A stretch of DNA of 63,492 bases, counting the filler, from Squatina squatina (Eukaryota): assembly GCA_031763465.1 (NCBI GenBank). It is 4 parts of 4 records of this genome, joined end to end, with 100 filler letters (N's around TTAATTAATTAA, not from the genome) between each part and the next. Parts side by side here need not be neighbours in the genome. Positions count along the whole stretch, not along the records: positions 1 to 22,245 come from JARFOE010000100.1; 3 more parts are not named here. One strand, 5' to 3'. A program made the position numbers and the translations under genes. The notes below the pieces were generated by a model. That model ran no database searches, was not told the DNA's origin, and saw only the letters and a list, made by a program, of their open reading frames with translations. This document shows, piece by piece, positions 1 to 11,139 of this stretch; position 1 is the stretch's first letter, and each line of letters opens with the position of its first letter.

Positions 1-217
1 AGATTATTTTGTTGTACATGAAAGCTGATTTCTAAAAATCCTTCAGCGTTTCTAATGTAACTCTTGATAGTGCAGTATTAACACGTGTTTAATAGCATTA
101 ATGTTTGTAACTGCGAGAGTAGAAATGGCTTGCAACACTTGAAGTATTGAATCTTAAACGACAGAAATGGCTTGCTTATTTAGAGTTTTGTTTAAAAACA
201 AAAATCTGTGCCCCTAA

Positions 218-292
218 CAACTTGCATTTATATAAGCGACTTTAACGTAGTGAAATGTCCCAAGGTTTTTCACAGAAGTGTCATCAAACATT
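218..292 (-). mobile_element. 3' tail fragment of L2 LINE / Deu-SINE
   Basis: acaacttgcatttatataagcgactttaacgtagtgaaatgtcccaagg matches the reverse complement of the tail shared by the L2 and SINE copies elsewhere in the window. Confidence 0.6.
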
Positions 293-455
293 AACTAGTA
301 AGGATTATAAATTTAAGTACTTCTGAACACAAAGACCAACAAAGTATTTTTTTCCTCAACAGTCAACAAGCTACTGCCTATCAGAGTGGAGATGCCATAG
401 AAAGCAGTGAAAGACAGACCGTTCGTGCTCGGACTCGTAGACCTGAGGTGGCATT

Positions 456-543
456 GTCGATCAGTGTGGCAGACTTCAGATAACGGTTGTGGAGTCTGAA
501 GTCGATCAGTGTGGCAGACTTCAGATAACGGTTGTGGAGTCTG
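456..543. repeat. 45-bp tandem duplication (2 copies)
   Basis: gtcgatcagtgtggcagacttcagataacggttgtggagtctg occurs at 456 and again at 501. Confidence 0.95.
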
Positions 544-2080
544 GAAGAGCTGATGAACTCTTGCAATGACTGTCAGAAGTGCAGAGCTAAGAGCAATGTA
601 TGAACAGTGTGATTCACCTTCTAAATACAAAGGACTAAAGGCAACTGGTGGTCTCAATTATAAAGTAAGGTTTGAGGATAAGTTAGCAAGAGCTGTCAGA
701 TTCTTCACTCCAGTTTGATGGTGCCCTGATGAGGTTCCCTTCTACCCTTTCAAACTGAGAGGAGAGATCTAACAGAACGCATTATTTGAACAGAGAGAAG
801 AACCTTCTCCAGAGGACTTTTGATCTTTTTTTGAATAACTGCCTAAATCAATATTTAAAAAGAAAGCTGTTTTCTTCTTGCAAATATTGAAAACTAATTT
901 TTAAAACACCTATGCAATAGATGGGAATCCCCTCCCNNNNNNNNNNNNNNNNNNNNNNNNNNNNNNNNNNNNNNNNNNNNNNNNNNNNNNNNNNNNNNNN
1001 NNNNNNNNNNNNNNNNNNNNNNNNNNNNNNNNNNNNNNNNNNNNNNNNNNNNNNNNNNNNNNNNNNNNNNNNNNNNNNNNNNNNNNNNNNNNNNNNNNNN
1101 NNNNNNNNNNNNNNNNNNNNNNNNNNNNNNNNNNNNNNNNNNNNNNNNNNNNNNNNNNNNNNNNNNNNNNNNNNNNNNNNNNNNNNNNNNNNNNNNNNNN
1201 NNNNNNNNNNNNNNNNNNNNNAAAGTGGATTTTATGGTCTGACTTTCAGTGAGAACCTGACTTGCTGGCAAGGATTGTGTCCCTCACATATAACCTCAGG
1301 AGTTCCCAGTTCAGAGAAAGCTTGGCTCTTTAATGTTGATGCACAAATGCTCTAATTTGAGGTAGACTCAGAATACATGTTGTATGGAAAGAAATAAAAA
1401 TATTTATATATGGCCCAATGTTGCCAGTGGAGTAACATCTTCTATAGGGTCATTGTTTTGCTATTTTAACTGTCGCAATGACTAGGAAGCCACTTTTTTT
1501 GCCACCTGGGCTACCCAATGCCTTAAAAAGAGAATTAACCTCCTGTAAGTAGGATGGGCTGTAGGTCACCCAGAGGGTGTTTCTACATAGCTAGTAGGAT
1601 AGGCCAATTCCCTATCGCCAATATCATAAAGGCTTTCCTGCTCTTTGAATTTATGTATATTCTGCTGCTGTAAGTATGATCAAGTACAAACCAGATAGAA
1701 GCAAATCCATACCTGACACTCTAGCACAAGAGTGAGGAGACAGTTTTGTTAATCCAGTTGTAAGCAATCCACATGCTTAAGGAATTGTTGCTTCCTGATC
1801 CCATTTAACAGAATTTAGATTATATCAGCTATAAACTATTGGTTGCAGGAGCTATTTGCATAAAACAGAATTGTTTGGAATGGAGAGTCCAGTTCAATTT
1901 GCATTCATTAACCTCTTCCATTGAGATTCATTCAAAGGTGAGATGTTGCAAGGGTGAGATTTGTCTCCATTACACAGGTGNNNNNNNNNNNNNNNNNNNN
2001 NNNNNNNNNNNNNNNNNNNNNNNNNNNNNNNNNNNNNNNNNNNNNNNNNNNNNNNNNNNNNNNNNNNNNNNNNNNNNNNN

Positions 2081-2294
2081 GTCTTCTGGTTTGTTGACCT
2101 CCATTTGAGAAGCTGGAGAAATTTCTGGTTGCAATGTGCCAGCTGTGGGTGGACCTCTGGCTGCAAGGGCTCTGGCACGTTCTTGCAGGGTGACCTGGAG
2201 ATTCGCTTCTATTTCAAGCTGCTGTATTCTCTCATTCTCCGCTATTGCTGCCTTAAGGGCACATAGTTCTTCTGCCTTTAAAGCAAACAGTTGC
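2081..2294 (-). CDS. Partial coding exon of a coiled-coil protein (FLACC1/ALS2CR12 is a weak candidate)
   Basis: Strong polypyrimidine acceptor (ttcttctctgctctttcttcag) followed by an open frame (R)QLFALKAEELCALKAAIAENERIQQLEIEANLQVTLQERARALAARGPPTAGTLQPEISPASQMEVNKPED that runs into the gap. Confidence 0.55.
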
Positions 2295-2794
2295 CTGAAG
2301 AAAGAGCAGAGAAGAAATCATGGTTATTTATTTATTGTCTAATTACAGCAGAACTTCCTATGTGCTCTTTCTACAGGAATTAAGCATCCAGACAGATTAG
2401 TAATCCACTTGGACATGCTCTCACCAACCATTGCTTAATAATATCTCATTGTGGGGGATTTTCTGTCACTTTTATATAAGAGTTCTTCCAAACTTAACAT
2501 CAAAACCCCTAAACTGACTTCAAGCCTTTTCCTTGGTAAGTTGCACAAATGTTTCTTCATCATTCTGCTTAGCTCTAGAATCAAAATAAAATGTTACGTT
2601 ATTTTAAATACTGGATAATTTTGTTTCCAGGGGAATGAAAAATGTTGCTGTACTTTAGTCAGGTGTGGAAAGTTTACAGTAAGAATTAAGTAAATTGTCA
2701 ATCCATGTACACTGTCTGCTTCAGTGCCCTTCCTTGTAATTTACCCTGCAACTCTGGGCCTGATTTCTGTTGTTTTTCACGCCCTGGTGTTGAG

Positions 2795-3526
2795 CAATGT
2801 GTCACCTGGTATTGGTCGGTGTGGGTTACAGTCTCGTTCACAGTTGACCGATTTGTAGCGATATGTTGTGAGAAGTTTAAAGCTAAGTATTGCACAGTGA
2901 GAACTGCGGCCGCCGTTCTAACAACGGTCTCTGTCCTGATCAGTTTAAGGAGCCTCCCTTTTTGGTTTGGGTATGAACACGAGAGAATAATTCACAATGT
3001 TCAGTGGGGTTGCCGCACAAAGGTGGGCTTTTTCACATCGCCTCTCGGTGTATTGTTGACCTGGATGCAAAGTATTTGTTTTACCTGGCTAGCTTTCGCT
3101 TTGATATTACTGTTTAATTGTTTGACGGTCAGACGTATTTTAGTGGCCAGCAGAGCCCGCAGGGGGCTCCGGGGTCACAGCAGTGAGAATCAGAGCGACC
3201 CAGAGATGGAGAACCGAAGGAAATCCATCATTTTACTGTTCACTGTATCGGGCAGTTTTATACTGTTGTGGCTGACAGCGTCATTAGTTTTTTAACGACC
3301 AGGCTGACATATAACTGGGCAGTATCGAGGCGATTATGCAGCCCCTTCGTATATTGCCACGGACACCAGATATATGCTCATGTGTTTGAGTTCCTGCACA
3401 AACACATGTGTTTGTGCAGCGACCCAAACTAAGTTCAGGGAAGAGCTGAAGAAGGTGCTGAAATCCCCTTGCACATTTATTGTTGAAAGAATGACAAAAG
3501 TAACTAAAGTTTCCTGTCCTAACTAG
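2795..3526 (+). pseudogene. GPR139/GPR142-like class A GPCR pseudogene, TM3 to C-terminus, 5'-truncated, two frameshifts
   Basis: SVWVTVSFTVDRFVAICC (TM3, DRF motif) and DPEMENRRKSIILLFTVSGSFILLWLT (TM6). After frameshifts near 3280-3315 it continues YRGDYAAPSYIATDTRYMLMCLSSCTNTCVCAATQTKFREELKKVLK (TM7 and helix 8). No TM1-2 upstream. Confidence 0.85.
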
Positions 3527-4099
3527 AGTTAAGTTACAGCAGGTGTTCCATTTTAGAATGGCTACATTTCTGCGGGGGCTAAATGGATTTTTGCTACTAC
3601 AATAAACAGCTATCAGAAAACTTTCCTTCCACTTTCTGCTGTCTGTTTGATGTCTGCTGTTTTCCCCGGGTGAACATAATCGTTTTCCGCAAAAAAACAG
3701 GGCCCTACCCGCTCAAGGTTCAAAGAGAGCATACATGAATGAGCTTCAGCAGTGGATTCGAACATCTGGGATCTGCGCTAACTGCTTTACACCGCAGGTC
3801 CTGGAATGGGACGCCCCAGGTTGTTCAATAGATACATTTTCCTTTCGTGTGGAAACAATATATAACAATGGTGGTTATTTGTAATTCTGTAATGTGAATG
3901 TTGCCGGTGCTGTTCTCCCCACCAGGCTCCGCCTCCCATTGTCACCTGAACCAATCGAACGGAGCACTGTCTCCCGATCAGTGACCAATGATGCAGACAG
4001 TAGCACGTTGAATCATCAATGTGATATTCGACAGCTTTGTTCACAGATACTTACTTAACATCTCAACTGGTCATCAACATGTTGGAATGTTGTTTCAGG

Positions 4100-4430
4100 T
4101 GAATAGACTATTCGACCCAACCTGTCCATATCGGCATTTACCCCCCAGAATTACTTCCATTCACTTTAACCGCCCTGTCTGAACATCCCATCAACCTTTC
4201 CTCATCCAACAATCTCTGCAATTTAATCTTTAATATTGATATTACTTCTTTCTCCGTTAATTCCACAGTCTCACTCCACTCCACATAAAGATGTTTCTCC
4301 TCCCCTCACTCCTAAATCGCTTACCTTTAGTCTTTTATCAATGCCCTTAGTTCCTGATCCCCGAACTAATGGAAGCAGCCTGTTTCTATCCATCCTGTTC
4401 AGGCCCTTCTTAAATCATATCACCTGGGCA
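4100..4430 (-). mobile_element. Old CR1 LINE 3' end fragment
   Basis: Degenerate similarity to the CR1 3' ends at 9130-9922 and 31085-31322. Confidence 0.55.
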
Positions 4431-4439
4431 TGACTCGCC

Positions 4440-5265
4440 AAAAGTTGTCAGTCTGCTATCAATGCAAAATCAAGCAACAATCAGGGAAGTGTAGCTAATA
4501 TACTGAGTTTGTAGCTTTCTCTTGGGGATGGTTGTTTCTTTGCTGTTAATGAACAATGAGAGGAATGTATTTTCTAGATTTGTGACAACCCGAAAAGCCA
4601 GGATCATGCATGAGGAGATTGTTTCAAATACCTCTACAGTGTTTAATACGGCAGTGCTCACAATTGTAAGTTGTGGAAGACAGAGGAGGATTCAGGGAAT
4701 TCTCGGAGTCATTCAGAGGCGACGCCGGGCCTGAGTCAAGGCCAGAGGGATGTAGACAGCTCTCAGCACGACTATTACCCGAGGTTTAAACGGGATGGTA
4801 TAGCTCCTAATTATATCTTGTAAACTGCAGCTTAAGATCCAGTAATTGTATTGACTCTTGCTTGTGCTGATTAACGTTTTAATCACTCCCACAAACACGA
4901 GTCAATGTCGAATCATTTGGAATAAAATTTCTTACAAAGAAATTCTTACACAATAAACATTGCAGTAAAGTCAGCAAAGTGTAGTTGAAGTAGCTAATTT
5001 ATAGCTTTCTGTTGGAGATGGTTGTGTCCTTGGTTATACTGAACAATGCAAAGAATATGTTTGATAGTTCTATCACTATCCGGTATTTCAGGACAATGCT
5101 GGGTGAGATGCAAATCCAGCATGTCCACAGCACTGATCTTTTGATAGGTGGCGAGGAGGACAGGAATATGTGAATATCAAAAATCTGGTGCTGCAGAATC
5201 TTGTGATTTCGCCGTGTCTACAGGCGAGATGCATTGCACATGTGATTTACATTATGAAATGTCCT
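4440..5265 (-). pseudogene. Degraded tandem SEA-domain-like (mucin-type) coding remnant, about 3 repeats
   Basis: Gapless ~135-nt internal homology (~4481-4620 vs ~4972-5109) with conservative amino-acid changes on the minus strand. SEA-like motifs SSS.TYQKISAVDML, PSIVLKYRIV and FKPRVIVVLRAVY. Contains stops and frameshifts. Confidence 0.4.
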
Positions 5266-5324
5266 GTGGAATGGGTCCAAGAACTGATCGGTCACGTTGA
5301 CACAAACAACAACAACATCAGCTA

Positions 5325-6650
5325 CTTGTGTTTAGAGAGCCCCTTTATCGTGGTGATACATCCTAAGTCGCTTCACAGGAGTATTTATTTGTCATGCAGT
5401 CGCAGTGGGAGAGATGACCAAATGAGGGAGGTTTTAACGAGTGTCTTGAAGGAGGAAAGTGAGGAAGAGAGGAGGGAAGGTTGAGGCAGGAAATTCCAGA
5501 TCTTCTGACCTAGGCAACAGAAGGGATGGCCACAAAAGGTTAAGTGAATATAATCAGAGATGCTCAAAAGATAAGAATTAGAGGAACGCAGATATCTCGG
5601 GGGGTAATGGGGCTGGAGGAAGTTAGAGATAGGGAGGGGTGAGGCCATGGAGGGATTTAAAAATGCGTTCGAGAATTTTGAGAATGTTGCTTAACCAAGA
5701 GCTAATGTAAGTCAGCGAGCACAGGGGAGATGGGTGAACGGGACTTGGTGCGAGTTAGGACATGGGCTGCTGAGTTTTGGACCACCTCGTGTTTACTAAG
5801 GATAGAATGTGGGAGCCCGGTCAGGAGTGCATTGGAATAGTCAAGTCTGGAGATATTAAAGTCATGGGTGAGGCCTTCAGCAACAGAGGATCTGAGGCAA
5901 GCATAGAGACAGTCGATGTTATGGAGGTGGAAATAGGTGGTTATAGCTATGTCGTGGATATGTGGTCAGAAGAACATTTCAGGGAAGAATATGACACCAA
6001 GGTTGCCAACAGTCTGGCTCAGCTTCAGACGAATGTGGGTGAGATGGATGAAATCAGTGGACAGGGAAAGGACGTTGTACTGGGGGATGGAAGCAGTGCC
6101 TCAGTTTTCCAAATATTCAACTGGAGCCATTTTCTGCTCACCCAGAACTGGATGTCGGATAAGGATTAGGAATTAGAGACCGTGTAGAGGTTGAGAGAAG
6201 TGGTAGTGAGGAGGAGCTGGGTGTAAAAGAACATACGTGTGTAAACTGTCGTCACATTTTCAGATGATGTCGTTAATGGGCAACATGTTGATGAGAAATA
6301 GGAGGGGGTCAAAGATAAGCCTTTAAGGGACACCAGAAGACACGATGCAGGGGGCGTGAAAAGAAGCGATTGCAGGTAAGTAGCTGCCGATGATTAGATC
6401 AGTAAGAATGGAACAAGGCGAGTGCAGTGCCATCCTGCTGGACTGCGTGGAGAGGCATCGTGAAGGATCGAGCAGTCAAGCTTGTAAAAGGCTGCAGACC
6501 AATCAAGAAAGATTTGGAGGGAAAGTAAGCCTTTGTCACAGTCACAAAGGTGATGAGGGCCGTTTTGATACTGTTGCAGGTGCGCAAACCGGGATGGAGG
6601 GGAATTGTGGGGAAAAATGGGCACAGATTTGGGAGGCGACAAGTGGATCA
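5325..6650 (-). mobile_element. L2-clade LINE fragment (RT region to 3' tail), degenerate
   Basis: Reverse complement carries typical L2 ORF2 sequence (STETALI-like, DIQFWVSRK, SRLDYSNA motifs) and the L2 3' tail. Confidence 0.85.
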
Positions 6651-7499
6651 AGAGTGAAACTCTCGATAAGATAAGGACTTAAGGTAATAATAATTAGCCC
6701 AATGGATAATAAACAGCTTTTCAGTAAGGACAATTATCTTTATTGAAAAGCAAAAGTAAATTTAATTCTCCTTATAGGAGGTTTTATAATATCCTTTATA
6801 TTATGTAGCACACCATTTTGTGGGTTTCACGTGGAGGAAGTGAGTGAAATGTATAAAAATGATCTGTTTGTAATGAATATTTGATTTGTTTTTAAAAAGC
6901 CTAAGCTGCTGACTATGAAATGCAACCTTTTGAATTTCCAGGAAACCATCGTCAGGTGTGGATGTGATTTGTACATATTTAGGGTATGTTTATGTAACAT
7001 TGCAGATGATGTACGCTGAATATACCGACGACACCTCACTACAATGTTCAAGTACATTATTGAAATTTTTATTTCAATAATAGCTTCAATACTTTAAATG
7101 GGAATGGGCTTAATTTGCGAATTGTGATTAAGAGCCCTTTTACCCGCCACTTTTTAAGGTTGCACCTCATCTTTACGTTCAAAATGTCAAATTCCACTTG
7201 TTTTCATTTCCCTGTGAATTCTAGGCTCTGCCAATCTGGCTGGTATCCAGCTCCTGTGGGAACTGGTGGCCAGTTGTGGGTCTTTATGTTTAATACGCAC
7301 ATCCTGATTGAGGCACGAATCAGGTAGCAGGGGTAGGTTTTAATTCCACCAGTCAGCAATGCATCTGCACCCAGCTATCAATCTGTGAAGGAGAAGGGTA
7401 ATCAACCGCAACATCTAATATCAACATATAAAATAGAGAGCAACGGCATGAACACATTAACCATTACATTACCGTGTCAAATTCAGTCCCATGTGCTTG

Positions 7500-7930
7500 T
7501 GATTCTCCTGACCGCAGTTTCTAGTTAAATAGTTGTTGTGTTCGCTTGAGACTTCTATTGTAATTAAACAGTTACTGTATTTCCCTTACATTGTGTGCCA
7601 TCTATTTGTTATTAAACAGTTTCTGAGTTACTTCTATATACATGGCTACTGTATTACATGAGGCCCAATTTCTAATTAAACAGTTACCATGTTCCACTAA
7701 ATTACTCTGTTCTCTATTTCCAGTTAAACAGTAACTGTGGTCCCTTAAATCCCCCTGTCCTCTATTTCTAATTAAATACTGATTATCTTCATGTATATTT
7801 ACCTTTGTTCTTTATAAAAGTATTATTTCTTTTCGGCCAAATGCACCTGTCCTGTATTATAATCAAACATTTGCTGTATTCCTTTAAATTTACCTGTGGT
7901 GTATTTGAAATTAAAGAGTGATATAATTAC
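7500..7930. repeat. Degenerate ~48-bp minisatellite, about 7-8 units
   Basis: Recurring ctatttctaattaaacagttactgtgttccctt core, with several consecutive units 47-48 bp apart. Confidence 0.7.
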
Positions 7931-8029
7931 CGTCATTACACCAGTGTTCCCTATCGTCCATGTAATATTCGAGCTCATTTTATCCACGTGATCCACCATG
8001 TGCGATCTCGACCATATTCCCACTAAATG

Positions 8030-9129
8030 CCTGGGAACTCAACTTCTGTTGCTGGCCCCTGTGCTGGCTGATAAAATAAAGGAATTCCTCTGGTCTGGTG
8101 CAGTCCCCGTCTCTTTCAAATCTGCCGACATCACCCATGTCCTGCCAAATTCTCCTTGACTCCTCTCGTCGCCAACTATCGCCCCATCTCCAAATTTATA
8201 TTCCTCTCCAAAGTCCGTGAACATATTGAGGCCACCCGTATCATGGGCCACCTTTCCCACAACTCTTTGTTGAAATTTTCCAGTTATGTTTCTGCCCTTG
8301 CCACAGCGCTGAAATGGTCCGTATCGAATTTACAAAAGACATCCTATGTGACTGTGATGCACTTTCCCTCTTCATTCTTCATCTTTTGACATGGTTGACC
8401 ACACCATCCTCCTCCAATGCATCTCGTCCATTGTCCAGCTTAGCGTGACTATCCGCACCTGGAACCACACTTGCCTATGCAGTCAGAACCAGAGAATATC
8501 CTGCAGTGGTTTATCTTCATGCTTTCAGACCGTTACCTCTGGTGTTCACAAACCTTATGCTCTTTCTCCATTCTAGTTCTCACCTGTGTGCTGCCCCTAG
8601 GCGACAAGATATGCAAACACAATGTCAGATCCCATGTATATACTGACGACAGGCATCTCCAACTTTCAACCAACTCTCTCGACCCTTCCACTGCCTCTGT
8701 GTTATCAAACTGCTTGTCTGACATCCAGTTACCTATGATCCAAATGTTCTTTGAATTAAACATTGGAGAGAATGAATCCATTGACTTTGGTCCCAGCGAC
8801 AAACTCCATTCCCGATCCACTGATTCCATCTCCCTCCCTGACTAACGTCTGATGCTGAAACCCACTGACCAGGCACTCGATGTTCCAGTTGAGCCTGAGC
8901 CGAGCATCTCCATTACAAACACTGTGTAACATTACCCAGCCCCGCCCGACTGCCGCCAGAGCCCTCCAGGATTTTTTGACCTCCAGACTTGACTTATCCA
9001 ATGTTATCCTGTTCCAACCCCCATCTTCCACCCTCCATAAACTTCAGCTTACCCAAAGCTCTGGTGTCCTTAACCTAACTCGCAGCAAGACCCATTCACA
9101 TTTCACCATCTGATCCTTGAACTACATTG
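8030..9129 (+). mobile_element. L2 LINE RT fragment (5' part, interrupted by a CR1 insertion)
   Basis: ANYRPISK..FLSKV.E, FDMVDHTILL, VYTDD (degenerate YADD) and TSRLD motifs in broken frames. Confidence 0.9.
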
Positions 9130-9922
9130 ATAAATGTAGGGTATTGCATTTTAGTAGAACAAATAGGGAGTCACTTATTACATGGAGGGTGCGGATCTAG
9201 ATGGGTTTGAGGAACAAAGGGATCTTGCGTACAAGTAGACAAATCAGTAAAAGTTGCAACACAGGTTAGCAGGGCCCTTAGAAAGCAAACCAAGCACTGG
9301 GATTCATTTCTAAAGGCAGATAATTGAAAAGTAAGGACGTTTCGTTAAACCTGTATCGAAGTTTGGTTAGACCACACTTAGAGCACTGGGTACAGTTCTG
9401 GTGGCCATAATATAAAAATGAGATAGAGGAACTGGAGCGAGGGCAGATATGATTTACAAGGTTGGTACCAGAAATGCAAAGGTATACACATCAGGAAAGG
9501 ATGAGTAGGCTGGGTCTCGTTTCTCTTTAACAAAGGCTGAGGAGTGAAGTAATAGAGGTCTTTAAAATTCTCAAAGGTTTTGATAAAGTGGATGCAGAGA
9601 AAATGTTTCCACTTGTGGGGAAGAGCATAACTAGAGGACATCCATATAAGATAGTCACCAAGAAATCCAATGGGGAATTCAGAAGAAACTTCTTTACTTA
9701 AAGAGTGGGGAGAATGTGGAGCTCATTACCACAGGGAGTGGTTGAAGTGACTAGTATAGATGCATTAAAGGGGAGGCTAGACAAGCATATGAGAGCGAAG
9801 GGAATAGAGGGTTATGTTGATATATTTAGATAAGGAAAGACGGGAGGAGGTTCAAGTGGAATATAAGTGCTGGCATGGACTGGCTGGGCTGAATGGCCTG
9901 TTTGTGTTATATCTCCTGTGTA
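9130..9922 (+). mobile_element. CR1 LINE 3' end, 5'-truncated, nested in L2
   Basis: SLVRPHLEHWVQFWWP and RRNFFT.RVGRMW motifs plus CR1 tail gggctgaatggcctg. Flanked by ATTG on both sides. Confidence 0.9.
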
Positions 9923-10305
9923 ATTGGCACCCGTTCCAGCAACACCTCGATTTTTAAATTCTCATCGGCGTTTCCAAATCCCTACATAGCTTCGCCGCAC
10001 CCTATCTCTCGTCCAGCCCTACAATCCTCCTAGAACTGTGCAATGTTCATACTCTGGCCTCTTGTTCATCTCGCACTTACCCAACACTATTGAAAGCAGT
10101 GCCTTCAGCTGTATATGCCTTAAATCCTGGAATTCCCTCCCCACACCTTTCCATTCTTCTAGTCCTTTCAGACTATCCTTAAAACCTAACTCTGACCAAG
10201 TTTTGTCACCTGTCCTCATGTCTCCTTCTTTGTCTGATTGCTCCTTGTGAAGCGCCTTTGTTTGTTGTATTAGTTTAAATGCGCTACATAATTGAAAGTT
10301 GTTAT
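9923..10305 (+). mobile_element. L2 LINE 3' end (continuation of 8030-9129)
   Basis: Resumes at the LHW.P...HLDFKIL motif and ends in tgtgaagcgcctt...gctacataattgaaagttgtt tail. Confidence 0.85.
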
Positions 10306-10940
10306 GAGAAGTCCACCCTCCTCAAGCCCCTCAGCCACATTTATCTGGAGGGTTCAGTCCATTTATAATGCTCAGCGTGGGGGCGTTGGGCTAGAGAAAT
10401 CAATCCATTACAATAAGCAGGCAAACCTTCATTGTTCCCTCACCCACATGTTGCGTGTACATTCAGTCCATTACCATTGATCATACTTATAATGTTCATT
10501 GTCATGTGATGAGCAGATCCCCCTTCGCACAATAGATCTGGGTGGATCGGTCCATTGAAAATGATCAGGGTATTGGGCTGTTCTGATCCCATTAGCGGTA
10601 CTGAATCACTGATTATCACGGTTTACTGTTTCAGCTGAGGAAATTAATGAAATCCAGATTAACAGCGCTTTCAGCTCTAAACAGCACTGTGATAACGAGT
10701 TCATAGCCGTTCTCGAGTTAATGTCTACAAAAGGTCCCTACAATTTCATCATGTCAGGCGAGGCTGTGCTGTAGCGATGATAGAAGGCAGCAGCTCCAAG
10801 AGGGGTTGTGGTAATGATGTAATTGAGAGGGAGGGATGTGACACCTCACTTTAATATCTCACCGTCCAGATTAACTACATTTCTGATTGATGTTCAGAGC
10901 AATGCGAGCCCTGATCACAAAAGAGAGAGTGGTGTGAAAT

Positions 10941-11072
10941 ATCCAGATGTGGAGAGCACGCCCACGATAATGGGAGGGATCCAGATGTGAGGAACACATC
11001 CCTTGAAGGGAAGGATGCAGATGTGAAGAAAACTCCCCTTTTGATAGGAAAGATCCCGATGTGAGAACACTT
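10941..11072. repeat. Degenerate ~37-bp tandem repeat (4 units)
   Basis: atccagatgtg / atccagatgtga / atgcagatgtga / atcccgatgtga at about 10941, 10979, 11015 and 11053. Confidence 0.7.
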
Positions 11073-11139
11073 GGCTTTCGTTGAGGTCAGCTCCGCCTCG
11101 CATGGTTATGCTGAATATCCAAATGTTCTATAAAAAGAA

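Noticed and set aside
456-543. Direct repeat as a CRISPR array (also considered for 7500-7930, 10941-11072 and 39375-40066)
   Set aside because: The repeats are head-to-tail or degenerate without unique spacers, there are no cas genes, and the DNA is vertebrate.
894-1355. Long ORFs spanning N runs (also 19468-20139, 60522-61307 and many others)
   Set aside because: They are open only because N codons cannot be stops.
2705-3295. 196-aa ORF as an intact GPCR
   Set aside because: The first ~30 residues are not receptor-like, TM1-2 are missing and TM7 is in another frame.
5777-6733. Several 60-130 aa ORFs
   Set aside because: Antisense or broken frames of a degenerate L2 LINE.
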